Notes under the pieces: generated by a model
Told to the model about the DNA's origin: nothing
Databases searched by the model: none
What the model saw: only the letters and a program-made list of their open reading frames with translations
Made by a program: the position numbers and the translations under genes
Shown here: piece after piece, positions 54,810-63,317 of the stretch
Position numbering within the stretch: the stretch's first letter is position 1
Layout of the letters: every line of letters starts with the position of its first letter
Sequence record: NC_048792.1
Reading direction: 5' to 3' (one strand)
DNA length: 64,000 nt

Positions 54810-55159
54810 TGTCTACGCCATACGAGCAGTTAGTTGTAAACAGAGCGGCCGGGGTTTCTATCCGCTACTCCAACTTCAAGGACGACCAAAGCCTGGATCA
54901 TTGCAAAATGGTAAACCGGGCTTACCATAGCTCGGATGAGGACATCGTTGTAGGTGACTTCAAAGAGGGTGATATTATCGTAGCGCTGAGTGTCAGGATG
55001 AATCAACCTGAACCAAAGAAGAACACTTGGAGCACTCAGTACTACCGCACCTTTATGCTGCGTGTGTTCGCTAAAACAAACAGCGAAGCATTCAAAGCTG
55101 CAAACAAATATCTGGATGAACATCCGGAGCTGATTAAAACCATCCCGCAAGGAGAGTAA
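54809..55159 (+). CDS. Hypothetical protein
   Basis: TGATG-coupled. Confidence 0.75.
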   Translation: MSTPYEQLVVNRAAGVSIRYSNFKDDQSLDHCKMVNRAYHSSDEDIVVGDFKEGDIIVALSVRMNQPEPKKNTWSTQYYRTFMLRVFAKTNSEAFKAANKYLDEHPELIKTIPQGE

Positions 55160-55160
55160 T

Positions 55161-55337
55161 ATGGACGAAGGCCAAGATACCAACTCAGGAATAATTTGGG
55201 GCGTTGGGTTAATCCTGGCGTCCTTATTCATCATCTTTACTCTGGTCTGCGCTATAATCTGGAGAGCCGTTGGTTCCCTGGGCAGCGCAACCATCACATT
55301 CATCAAACGGGGTACTCGTTATGTACTACGACGGTAA
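55161..55337 (+). CDS. 58-aa membrane protein (not in the ORF track)
   Basis: SD AAGGAG; IIWGVGLILASLFIIFTLVCAIIW. Confidence 0.65.
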   Translation: MDEGQDTNSGIIWGVGLILASLFIIFTLVCAIIWRAVGSLGSATITFIKRGTRYVLRR

Positions 55338-55638
55338 TGAGTTACGTGAGCGTTTCGTTGCTGATATCAAAAAGATCGCTGATGAAGTTCGTGAAGGGAC
55401 AAGTCACGATAAAGTCGGCCAAGTAGTCAAAGAGCTACTTGAATACATGGACGGTACTCACAAGCTCAGTGTCAATCCGATGCTCCTCTACGTTGATGCC
55501 ATGGAGCAAGATAAGATCAATAAGTTAATGATGGCTGGTGATCAGATTATTGAAGATCCTATCTGCATTAACACGGGCGAATATCTCGCCCCTCACTTTA
55601 AGGTGAAGCGCGATGACCCAAAGTCGATACACGAGTAA
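55321..55638 (+). CDS. Hypothetical protein
   Basis: 3' part of ORF-track 55270..55638; start uncertain. Confidence 0.65.
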   Translation: MYYDGNELRERFVADIKKIADEVREGTSHDKVGQVVKELLEYMDGTHKLSVNPMLLYVDAMEQDKINKLMMAGDQIIEDPICINTGEYLAPHFKVKRDDPKSIHE

Positions 55639-55954
55639 AGACCTCAATATGGAAGTCTTTGCTCAGGAACTGGAGCAGGGCTATCTGCACGAAGATATAG
55701 CGTACCGCTACGATGTTCCGGTAAGCGACATTGAACGAATGCATACGCTCTTACGACTGACCGAGTATTCTGCCCGTACTGGGAATGCTATTTGCTTCCC
55801 GTTGCCATCGTTCGCATTTCCTGCCGATGAGTCTACTGCGGATCTTTTACGCTATACTCCACGCAGTCCAAGGATGGACTCGGTTAATTTGAATCTCACC
55901 ATGGATGAAATCCTCGACGATCGTTGTCCAGGTGAGATCTATCTGGAGAAGTAA
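55613..55954 (+). CDS. Hypothetical protein (possible N-terminal HTH)
   Basis: LHEDIAYRYDVPVSDIERM pattern. Confidence 0.65.
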   Translation: MTQSRYTSKDLNMEVFAQELEQGYLHEDIAYRYDVPVSDIERMHTLLRLTEYSARTGNAICFPLPSFAFPADESTADLLRYTPRSPRMDSVNLNLTMDEILDDRCPGEIYLEK

Positions 55955-55955
55955 A

Positions 55956-56414
55956 ATGAAATTTGCTTTCTACAAGGGTCAGCGGGGTAAGTTTACTAAG
56001 GCTAACCGCGCATTGACTTCAATGGCTAATATCAAGGTCGGTGTCTCTGCTAGTCTGGGTTTCAACAACGCAGTGATCTATACTGACGGCGGTACACTTA
56101 ATGTCCTGATGCTTGGCGATCGGATGTTACGCACCTCGGTGATTTATGTCAAGTCACTCAAACCGAAACGAATCCCTGACAAAGACGGGAATGTGACATT
56201 CACTTCGGTTAGTATCGATACGGATATCGTAGGTTACGGTGATCTTGGCCTGACTTCTGGTTTCCGTGTATTGGGTGAGCGTATCGTCAATGAGATTAAT
56301 CGTGGTACCTTCGACGTGGCGAAACTTATTTACTGTCGTGACCATGGTCACTCTACCGTAACTGAAGGCTTGGCTGAAACAGAGCCAGGCGAAGAGTTTT
56401 ACGTTAAGGCGTAA
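55956..56414 (+). CDS. Hypothetical protein
   Basis: SD GGAG. Confidence 0.75.
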   Translation: MKFAFYKGQRGKFTKANRALTSMANIKVGVSASLGFNNAVIYTDGGTLNVLMLGDRMLRTSVIYVKSLKPKRIPDKDGNVTFTSVSIDTDIVGYGDLGLTSGFRVLGERIVNEINRGTFDVAKLIYCRDHGHSTVTEGLAETEPGEEFYVKA

Positions 56415-56522
56415 TTAAATGTCAACTAACCATTCTCGCCAGCGGGCGAATAGTTATTCCGAAAAACTACCTAGCCCTAGGGGATAGTCTTCTAGGGCTG
56501 ATGGTTATTTGGAATATCAATA

Positions 56523-56768
56523 ATGTCAAATCGTACTCGTGCTTTCCGTCGTTACAAACGTGAACTTAAGAAACAAGCTGTTCGCCGCTATGGCGTTGCT
56601 GGTTACTGGTTCAATGGCGATAATCCCGTTAGTGACAAAGTCGTTATCGGTAAGGTTGCTACGACACCTAAAGCATGTAATTGCTGGATGTGCGCCAATC
56701 ACGGTAAGGTATTCGGTGAGCGTTTCTCCGATACTCGTCGTAAGTTGAAGCACACCGGCGGTGAGTAA
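56523..56768 (+). CDS. Arg-rich small protein with C-x-C-x2-C motif
   Basis: RAFRR...GKVATTPKACNCWMCAN...GE, a recurrent phage family pattern. Confidence 0.75.
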   Translation: MSNRTRAFRRYKRELKKQAVRRYGVAGYWFNGDNPVSDKVVIGKVATTPKACNCWMCANHGKVFGERFSDTRRKLKHTGGE

Positions 56769-56775
56769 TCATAAC

Positions 56776-56797
56776 GGCTAGGGGAAATCCCCTAGCC
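56776..56797 (+). terminator. Intrinsic terminator
   Basis: GGCTAGGGG-AAAT-CCCCTAGCC-TATTT. Confidence 0.75.
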
Positions 56798-56817
56798 TAT
56801 TTCTGGAGTTATACAAG

Positions 56818-57123
56818 ATGGTCATGATGTCTTTACCTACCGCAATCGTTGCTGCAAGTGACATGGAAGAAACCTTTGGTGAAACCGTTACTCATGGCGG
56901 CTTCTCCGATAACGGTATGTTCCTTCTGTCTAACGACGGTAAGTTCCGTAACATCGTAGGGAGTAGTGATGACGGACGTAAACTCTGGGATGAGTTAACT
57001 AAAGCTCGTACTATGGGTAAACCTATCCTCTGGGGCACTGGCTTCTTCAGTGAGGATCTGGTACTGAAAGGGTTCGGTGAGGAACTCGATAAGTCTTACC
57101 GTAAAAGTTACCAAATGAAATAA
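56818..57123 (+). CDS. Hypothetical protein
   Basis: SD GGAG. Confidence 0.7.
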   Translation: MVMMSLPTAIVAASDMEETFGETVTHGGFSDNGMFLLSNDGKFRNIVGSSDDGRKLWDELTKARTMGKPILWGTGFFSEDLVLKGFGEELDKSYRKSYQMK

Positions 57124-57132
57124 ATCTCACAT

Positions 57133-57151
57133 CTATATCACTCTATTGATA
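57133..57151 (+). promoter_or_regulatory. Early promoter motif
   Basis: CTATAT-CAC-TCTAT-TGATA. Confidence 0.7.
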
Positions 57152-57182
57152 ACGAATCAAATAAATGTTTTCGTTATCAATA
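57144..57182. repeat. 13-bp perfect inverted repeat overlapping the early promoter
   Basis: TATTGATAACGAA-13 nt-TTCGTTATCAATA. Confidence 0.8.
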
Positions 57183-57216
57183 ACCATTCATTCAAACTGC
57201 AAAATAGGAGACTAAC

Positions 57217-57564
57217 ATGTCTAATGCAAACCAAACTAAAACCACCTTCTCTCTCGCTGATATCGAAGCTCAAGTCATGGAACTCGAAGGTATCCGTATC
57301 GTCTTCCACGCTCCAGCTCGCTTGAAACTTACCGGCGTTTCCTACGCTGATAAATACAGCAACAAAGTTGCCCATAACGGTAATGCGACTTTGCTCATCA
57401 ACCGCGTGAAAGCAGTTATCAAAGGCGCTGTGAACGGTAACCAGCGCGGCTGGCTTTCCACCTACCCAATCACCGAAATCGATTTCGTTATCGTCGACGG
57501 TACCGGTAACGTACCTAACGGCGGCACGCACATCAAAACCATCCGTGATTCTTACTCTAAGTAA
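57217..57564 (+). CDS. Stand-alone early protein (115 aa), probably highly expressed
   Basis: SD TAGGAG; strong codon bias; own promoter and terminator; EGIRIV...VDGTGNVPNGGTHIKTIRDSY. Confidence 0.85.
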   Translation: MSNANQTKTTFSLADIEAQVMELEGIRIVFHAPARLKLTGVSYADKYSNKVAHNGNATLLINRVKAVIKGAVNGNQRGWLSTYPITEIDFVIVDGTGNVPNGGTHIKTIRDSYSK

Positions 57565-57572
57565 TAATCAAT

Positions 57573-57600
57573 AAATAAAGGGGCTTCGGCTCCTTTATTT
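57573..57600 (+). terminator. Intrinsic terminator
   Basis: AAATAAAGGGGC-TTCG-GCTCCTTTATTT-TTTT. Confidence 0.85.
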
Positions 57601-57623
57601 TTTTGTTCAATTTGGAGATACTC

Positions 57624-58058
57624 ATGACTTTAGCAAATGAACCGGCTGGGGAAGTTGTACTCATCAGCTGCAAGGTTAAGTCTCTCGGACTAGAGTTCAT
57701 CTCCGAGTTGACTTACAAAATGGAAGAAGACGTTTCAGTTATCGCCGGGCAATCTGTTCAGCGTTTATTGAACGAGGTACGTAAGTTAGCTGCTAGCGTT
57801 AACAAACGAACTTTCTTTCTGATCTACCCATGGGAGTTCCTGAAGGTTTCTTGCGAATCAGATATCGATTATATCTCCTTATTCGAGGAGGCTATAAAAG
57901 ATACTCTGGTTACCCTCTTGATCTTCCACAAACCGTCCACATTCAAATATAACGACGGTACCCATCCAAAGTTACGGGGTAAAATTAAAACCTCGTACAG
58001 GCTATCTAAGACAGAATTCTCACGCACCATCGTAAAGGTAAAAGGAAAATTATGTTGA
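57624..58058 (+). CDS. Hypothetical protein
   Basis: ATG after GGAG. Confidence 0.7.
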   Translation: MTLANEPAGEVVLISCKVKSLGLEFISELTYKMEEDVSVIAGQSVQRLLNEVRKLAASVNKRTFFLIYPWEFLKVSCESDIDYISLFEEAIKDTLVTLLIFHKPSTFKYNDGTHPKLRGKIKTSYRLSKTEFSRTIVKVKGKLC

Positions 58059-58420
58059 CTCGCTATGAACGTATTGAGTTTCTCCTTAAGTCAACGGGCT
58101 CGGATATTAAGGTAGTTCGCCGGAACCTACCAAAGATCAGCGATCAGCTTCGTAAGAAGTGGAATACTCGCGGTCTGATATTTGATGCCATTGATTCTAA
58201 TGGCCGTGCATTAGAGATGCGCCTGCTTCTTATCTACTTCAGAATCCCTGAAGGTAAGCTGTTGAAGTTAAACTGGCGTAAGTTTAAGAAATCTGTATCC
58301 AAGGAACTAGGTCAGGAATTCGTCCAATGTTTCAATCGCCCCAAACCGCATTGGATCGTTTCAAAGATCTCTGAGGATCGCGACTACTTTAATGTCTGGG
58401 TTTCAGATAAAAAACCATAG
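58052..58420 (+). CDS. Hypothetical basic protein
   Basis: SD AAAGGA. Confidence 0.7.
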   Translation: MLTRYERIEFLLKSTGSDIKVVRRNLPKISDQLRKKWNTRGLIFDAIDSNGRALEMRLLLIYFRIPEGKLLKLNWRKFKKSVSKELGQEFVQCFNRPKPHWIVSKISEDRDYFNVWVSDKKP

Positions 58421-58440
58421 TGCCTCCGAAAGGACGGCAC

Positions 58441-58470
58441 AAAAGAAAGGGCCGAAGCCCTTTCTTTTTT
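58441..58470. terminator. Bidirectional terminator between convergent blocks
   Basis: AAAAGAAAGGGC-CGAA-GCCCTTTCTTTTTT (TTCG loop on the minus strand). Confidence 0.85.
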
Positions 58471-58486
58471 TTGCTTTTTTGATGAC

Positions 58487-59758
58487 TTAGTCGATGCACT
58501 TCTCGATCAGGTCAAGTTCTGCGTTAGCCACTTTGAAGAAGTGACTGGTGTACGCAGCTACCGGGCCGGTGTAGCAACGAGTGTACATGCGAGACATGGA
58601 GTTAACCAGAGCCCACATGGAACGAGTGTCTTCGCCTTCCAGGATCCAGGTGATAACACCAGACAGTTCAGCAGATGCCCAGTCGATGTTTGCCATGGCG
58701 TTGGTTTTGGAGAAGGTTGCCAGGGTACCTGATGCAGTTTTCAGTTTACGGATGATGCCAGTTGCACTGGACTTATCCATGCCCTTGAACTTAACGGCGG
58801 AAGAGTGGTCGTTACTGGCCGGTCCGATATCAACCAGAGTCTTCTTAGCTGCGTTAGGGATCTGGTTAGCTTCAGTTACCTGAGTACCGAAGTTAGAACC
58901 CACGTAGAAAGAACCCAGCTCTTTGGAGTTTTCACCGTACAGGCCTTTGGCTTGTTTCTGGAAGTCGTTGAACAACTTAACCAGTTTGCCACGCAGGTCA
59001 TCGCGCAGACGGTCATTGTCTTTACCGCGACCAGAGTTACGAGCAGCCTGGACTACTACTTCCAGGAATTTGTCGTATTCACCAGCGGTCAGTTTGGACA
59101 GACCTACACCTTTACCCTGGACATCCCGGATGAAGGTTTCCACAGCAGAGTTCAGGGCAGCGGCGTTATCGATCTGATCATTACCTACGGTCAGGGCGCG
59201 TTTAGCCAGAGCTTTAGGAACGTCGACTTCTTCTTTGAATTCGCCGGAACCTACTTTACTTTCTACTTCCTGAATACGTTTCTTCAGAGCGCCCAGGCGA
59301 GTGAAGGTTGATTTCATAAAGTCGGTGAAGGCATCTTTCGCAGATTCTACCAGATCACCAACGGCGCCGACCAGGGCTTTGATTTTGTCCTGGAAGCCTT
59401 CCAGGGAAACGGTGGAGTCTACATACGCTTCCATCGAAGGCATGACTTCTTCCACTTCGATACCGGTGCCGTCCAGGTTAGCGGCGGTCGCTTGTTCGAT
59501 CAGCGCAACTTCGTTGATCGGGGTATTTTGGTTTGGGTTGATTTCGCTTTCGATGAACTCGCACATGTCGGTCATGCGATCGGCGCGGTCGGTCAGATTC
59601 TCTGACTCATCCAGGCGGTCAGCGATACCGTTGCGGCCTTCTTCCAATTCAACTGCCAGTTCGGCGTCATCGACATAATCAGGGATGTCGATTGATTCAA
59701 ACGCTGGGCAGGAGAATTCTTCGCGTTTCTGTTGGATGATATTCCGGGTGTGTTTCAT
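58487..59758 (-). CDS. Internal head (ejection-type) protein of phiKZ-like phages, proteolytically matured
   Basis: Acidic propeptide with AFE (19-21), SME (108-110) and SLE|G (118-121), then the helical GFQDKIKALV segment; strong codon bias; SD AAGGA. Confidence 0.75.
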   Translation of the reverse strand: MKHTRNIIQQKREEFSCPAFESIDIPDYVDDAELAVELEEGRNGIADRLDESENLTDRADRMTDMCEFIESEINPNQNTPINEVALIEQATAANLDGTGIEVEEVMPSMEAYVDSTVSLEGFQDKIKALVGAVGDLVESAKDAFTDFMKSTFTRLGALKKRIQEVESKVGSGEFKEEVDVPKALAKRALTVGNDQIDNAAALNSAVETFIRDVQGKGVGLSKLTAGEYDKFLEVVVQAARNSGRGKDNDRLRDDLRGKLVKLFNDFQKQAKGLYGENSKELGSFYVGSNFGTQVTEANQIPNAAKKTLVDIGPASNDHSSAVKFKGMDKSSATGIIRKLKTASGTLATFSKTNAMANIDWASAELSGVITWILEGEDTRSMWALVNSMSRMYTRCYTGPVAAYTSHFFKVANAELDLIEKCID

Positions 59759-59785
59759 GGTAGTCTCTAGTCCTTGGATACGGAT

Positions 59786-59806
59786 AAAAAGGCCGGTAAA
59801 CCGGCC
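59786..59806 (-). terminator. Intrinsic terminator/hairpin after the tailspike
   Basis: Minus strand GGCCGG-TTTA-CCGGCC-TTTTT. Confidence 0.65.
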
Positions 59807-59811
59807 ATTTG

Positions 59812-61989
59812 TTAAATTTGCCTCATATAGATACTGTTGATCCGATGAGCCATGTTCATTGGTGCCCGAGTAACGTCAATCATGAACGCTGCATGGGTCG
59901 CCCAGTCAGGAATCGTGGTAAAGGAAAGTGGCTGTCCGTCGTAACCTTGGATGTTAAGCGGAGTCTCGTAAGTCTTGATCGAGGACCCTGGTCCGTTCAA
60001 CTGAAGGTCGTAACCGCCACCAAATACCGACTTGTAAACGATAGGTGAACGCTCATCGTCTGGACCGAAGAACTCAGCTGCCATGTAGACTACGCGAATA
60101 CTAATCGTACCCGAAGATGCCCAACTACTTAAGTTGACTCGAGCGATTACCGGACCGTTACCTTTGAGAGGCATAGAACCGATATACAGTTGATACTTAC
60201 CATCTTTAGGTACGGTGTTAGTACCGACTTGCATGTAACCGTTAAGGCGCTGGATGGAGAAGTTAGTAGACGAGGCAGTACCCCAGCCCACTCGGTTCTT
60301 ACGAATCTCACAACCCGTACCGCCAGGAGATGGGATCCAAACTTCGTGTGCGTAGTGAGATACATCGCTAAAGATCTCTGAACGAATGTAGTTCTCTTCA
60401 GGGACTTCAGGTTGAATCGAAGTCAATGCCAACGGCGGGCCGTTCTGCGGCAACTTACTATCACGGAAGGTAACTGTACCTTTACCCGATACCCAACCAG
60501 TAATTGCAGGGTCGTCGTTGCTGATACCCAAATTACTGAAGTAACATTTATCGAACGACATCGCACAGCGATCACCCGCAAAGAAGACGTTACTCTTAGC
60601 CTTCGTATTGGATGCACGGAAAATGAAGTTAACGCCGTTGAACGCGATATTGGCATTGAGTCCGTCTTTCACTTCGAAAGCATACTCGTAAGGACCTTCG
60701 CCTTCGAACCAGCCATCATTAAAGATCAAACGAGCCGAACCACTGTCTACTAAGACGTAACGGTTGTACGCATAGTCGAAGGAACAGTTGTCAAAGATCG
60801 TGTGTGCTTTGTTAACGTTGATGAAGTAATTCGACTGGGAGAAGATACAGGAGATGAAGTGGATCTGTTCCCCGGAGTTAGTCATTGCAGCATTGTTGGT
60901 GTAGCAGATGTTACAATGGTTAAACTGGTAGTTGAAGAACTTGACGTAGTACGTATTGGAGTTATAGGTAAACCCAGTGGAGAAAAGATCACAACCGCCA
61001 CCCATAAAGCACATGGAGTTCTGTGCCCAGAAATAAGCGAAGGTGTCGTTCATCCCCATGAAGTGCACGTACTTATCCATCCCAGGACCGACCGCACGGA
61101 GATTACGACACTCCATGGTACCTTGGGTATAACCACGCAAGTTAACCCAGCTAATGCCGTATACAGGTGCAGCTGCAGTACCTGGGGTCATCATGGTAAA
61201 GTCGAGGATGGCTCCAGAGAAATCGTAATCGATTGTCTTAGTCTGAAGCGTAATCGTAGTCTTGATAAAGTACCGACCAGGATTACATTCCATCTTAATG
61301 TTACCGTTAATCGAACGAGTCGTATCGTTAGTAAACGGAACAGTCTCAGACCACTTGGACATCCGGGTAAATGCAGGGCCAGAGTCGATGCTGTTGTCGT
61401 TAGGCGTCGCGCCCCAGAACGTAGGGTTGATTACACCGGCGTTGTCGAATACACGTTTCCACCGACTACCATCTGTGGCAACAATAGTTGCACCACCGTC
61501 ATCGGTAGAAGTTTTGTCCGCCTTAATAAAGGCAAACTTACCGCCACCGATACCTGAACCTGCACGATAACTTTTAACTTCAATAACTTCGTTATCGAAA
61601 ATAGGTTTAGTAGTACGAAGATCAGAGACGCTCTCAACCGTACGTAATACTTTAGCGTACTGGAGTGCTTCGTTGGTGATGAGACGTTTAATCTTACCCT
61701 GTTCGTTCAGTGTAGCTACTGCACCGGCATCGTTACGAGTATATTCGTTAACGTAGAAGTGGCGACTGTCTTCGTAAGTAAAGAAAATATCGCCGACTTT
61801 AGTTGCTGCGATCCCTTTCTCAAGAGAATCAAACGCAGAATGATAATCAAGTTGTTTACGCAGATCGTTCAAGTCCAATACTGCGGTTTCCAATACACCT
61901 TGTTCATTCACCGTGTTGAATGGGAAATAGTCGTTTTCTTTTGGCGTAGACGACGAAGGTAATTGAGATATCTTTTGGCCATTAATCAT
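59812..61989 (-). CDS. Tailspike, putative depolymerase (colanidase-like by recall) (725 aa)
   Basis: KISQLP...LRKQLDYHSAF anchor; GGGKF...DDGG...WKR; NSGEQIHFISCIF; PDWATHAAF. Confidence 0.85.
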   Translation of the reverse strand: MINGQKISQLPSSSTPKENDYFPFNTVNEQGVLETAVLDLNDLRKQLDYHSAFDSLEKGIAATKVGDIFFTYEDSRHFYVNEYTRNDAGAVATLNEQGKIKRLITNEALQYAKVLRTVESVSDLRTTKPIFDNEVIEVKSYRAGSGIGGGKFAFIKADKTSTDDGGATIVATDGSRWKRVFDNAGVINPTFWGATPNDNSIDSGPAFTRMSKWSETVPFTNDTTRSINGNIKMECNPGRYFIKTTITLQTKTIDYDFSGAILDFTMMTPGTAAAPVYGISWVNLRGYTQGTMECRNLRAVGPGMDKYVHFMGMNDTFAYFWAQNSMCFMGGGCDLFSTGFTYNSNTYYVKFFNYQFNHCNICYTNNAAMTNSGEQIHFISCIFSQSNYFINVNKAHTIFDNCSFDYAYNRYVLVDSGSARLIFNDGWFEGEGPYEYAFEVKDGLNANIAFNGVNFIFRASNTKAKSNVFFAGDRCAMSFDKCYFSNLGISNDDPAITGWVSGKGTVTFRDSKLPQNGPPLALTSIQPEVPEENYIRSEIFSDVSHYAHEVWIPSPGGTGCEIRKNRVGWGTASSTNFSIQRLNGYMQVGTNTVPKDGKYQLYIGSMPLKGNGPVIARVNLSSWASSGTISIRVVYMAAEFFGPDDERSPIVYKSVFGGGYDLQLNGPGSSIKTYETPLNIQGYDGQPLSFTTIPDWATHAAFMIDVTRAPMNMAHRINSIYMRQI

Positions 61990-62017
61990 GAGATAACCTT
62001 ATCTGTATTTGGTCAAT

Positions 62018-62022
62018 TCATA
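62018..62022 (-). promoter_or_regulatory. Putative late promoter core (TATGA)
   Basis: Minus strand TTCCTATGAA, the same context as upstream of 446. Confidence 0.55.
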
Positions 62023-62037
62023 GGAAGTTGCATAATA

Positions 62038-62063
62038 GAGTAGAGCGGTCACCCGCTCTACTC
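62038..62063 (-). terminator. Hairpin/terminator
   Basis: GAGTAGAGCGG-TCAC-CCGCTCTACTC. Confidence 0.7.
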
Positions 62064-62069
62064 GTATGA

Positions 62070-62612
62070 CTATCGGTCAGTTTTGAATGGGTTGAATTGA
62101 ACCGCTAACTGATACGTATCGAAGTTCTCGGTTTTCAACTTCCAACCCAAGTAGATCTTGATACGTTTACCTTTAATGAAGCTAGGGCCCATGTAATAAA
62201 TCATCCAGTAGTGGTCTTTGTAGATCCCTGTCTGATTGTTCCAGGCCGGACCTTTTACCGTCGGTTTGACTGAAGACTTAGGTGCGCCCAAGAACCGGAT
62301 ACTGAAGTTATAGAGCGGGTTCCGATAAAGCCAAAGGACTCGGCAAATGTACTGCGCTGTTTTTGGAGGTAGGTTCTTTCTCCAGAGCGTATGCTCTGTC
62401 TTCCAGCCGTTATCGCCATCCAGATCGTTATCTGGCATCATGAACCAATCGAGCCATTTAGGAAGTCGCGCATCCTTAGTCGCAAAGATTGGAAGGAATG
62501 GCGTCACTACTGCGGCAACTGCCAAAGCCAGTAGATATAGAACAAACAACAAACACCAATGGATAAATCCCTTCAAGGGAACGGGTGTGCTGAACACCGT
62601 AATAGTTTTCAT
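62070..62612 (-). CDS. Conserved phage membrane protein often found next to fibre genes
   Basis: TM segment then LPKWLDWF..PDNDLDGD.G...VLWLYRNPLYNF. Confidence 0.75.
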   Translation of the reverse strand: MKTITVFSTPVPLKGFIHWCLLFVLYLLALAVAAVVTPFLPIFATKDARLPKWLDWFMMPDNDLDGDNGWKTEHTLWRKNLPPKTAQYICRVLWLYRNPLYNFSIRFLGAPKSSVKPTVKGPAWNNQTGIYKDHYWMIYYMGPSFIKGKRIKIYLGWKLKTENFDTYQLAVQFNPFKTDR

Positions 62613-62635
62613 CTTTAGTCACTCTAGGTTAAAGG

Positions 62636-62640
62636 TCATA
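62636..62640 (-). promoter_or_regulatory. Putative late promoter core (TATGA)
   Basis: Minus strand TTGATATGAC. Confidence 0.4.
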
Positions 62641-62657
62641 TCAAACTTAATTTACGC

Positions 62658-62676
62658 CTATATCACAATTATGAAT
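62658..62676 (+). promoter_or_regulatory. Early promoter motif
   Basis: CTATAT-CAC-AATTA-TGAAT. Confidence 0.75.
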
Positions 62677-62704
62677 AGGATAAATTAATCTGAGGGCTTT
62701 ATAC

Positions 62705-63226
62705 ATGAACATTGAAAACTTCAAGAAAGACTTTGCTGAAATCGCTGACAAATTCAAAGTGATGTACGGTCACTTCAATCCAGAGAAGACTCGTCCAGAT
62801 CTGGATATCAACAACGGTGACTGTGGCGTATTCGCACTGGCTGTCGGTGCAGTACTCCAGAACAAAGGTTACAGTATCCAGTACGTGGATAACCTCAACC
62901 ATGGCTTCATTCGTCTTTACGACGTCGATGAAGACCTCTGCTTCGACAGCAACAACTATGAAGGTTGTTCCACTGCCGACATGAATGAGCGTTGGAGTTC
63001 GGATGAAATCAATCCGCTTGACTACAACGGTATGTGCGATGCATTTGTCCCTTACGACGTTAAGGGTGCGTACATGATCAAAACTATCCTGGATCATTAC
63101 TCGGTCCCATTGCCAGAGTATATCCAGAACGTACTTAAAGAAGAACTCGAATACGAGATCACTGAGTACGTTGAGAAATACCAAGCGTTCATGGCTCGGT
63201 CTATCGAAGAACTGAACGCAGCGTAA
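62705..63226 (+). CDS. Early protein with a putative Cys-His-Asp (papain/transglutaminase-like) triad
   Basis: INNGDCGVFA (C40), NHGF (H66), CFDS (D81). Confidence 0.7.
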   Translation: MNIENFKKDFAEIADKFKVMYGHFNPEKTRPDLDINNGDCGVFALAVGAVLQNKGYSIQYVDNLNHGFIRLYDVDEDLCFDSNNYEGCSTADMNERWSSDEINPLDYNGMCDAFVPYDVKGAYMIKTILDHYSVPLPEYIQNVLKEELEYEITEYVEKYQAFMARSIEELNAA

Positions 63227-63317
63227 CCCTGAGCAATTCCGCTCGACACCCCGGCCGTAGTTCTCACAGGTCAATAGCGACACTCGTAGAGGCTACGGTT
63301 TTTAGGAGAGTAGTACG

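Noticed and set aside
58805-61557. Plus-strand ORFs 58805..59311, 59301..59678 and 60802..61557
   Set aside because: Antisense shadows of the head-protein and tailspike genes
62699-63283. 194-aa minus-strand ORF
   Set aside because: Antisense to 62705..63226, which has the promoter, SD and motif
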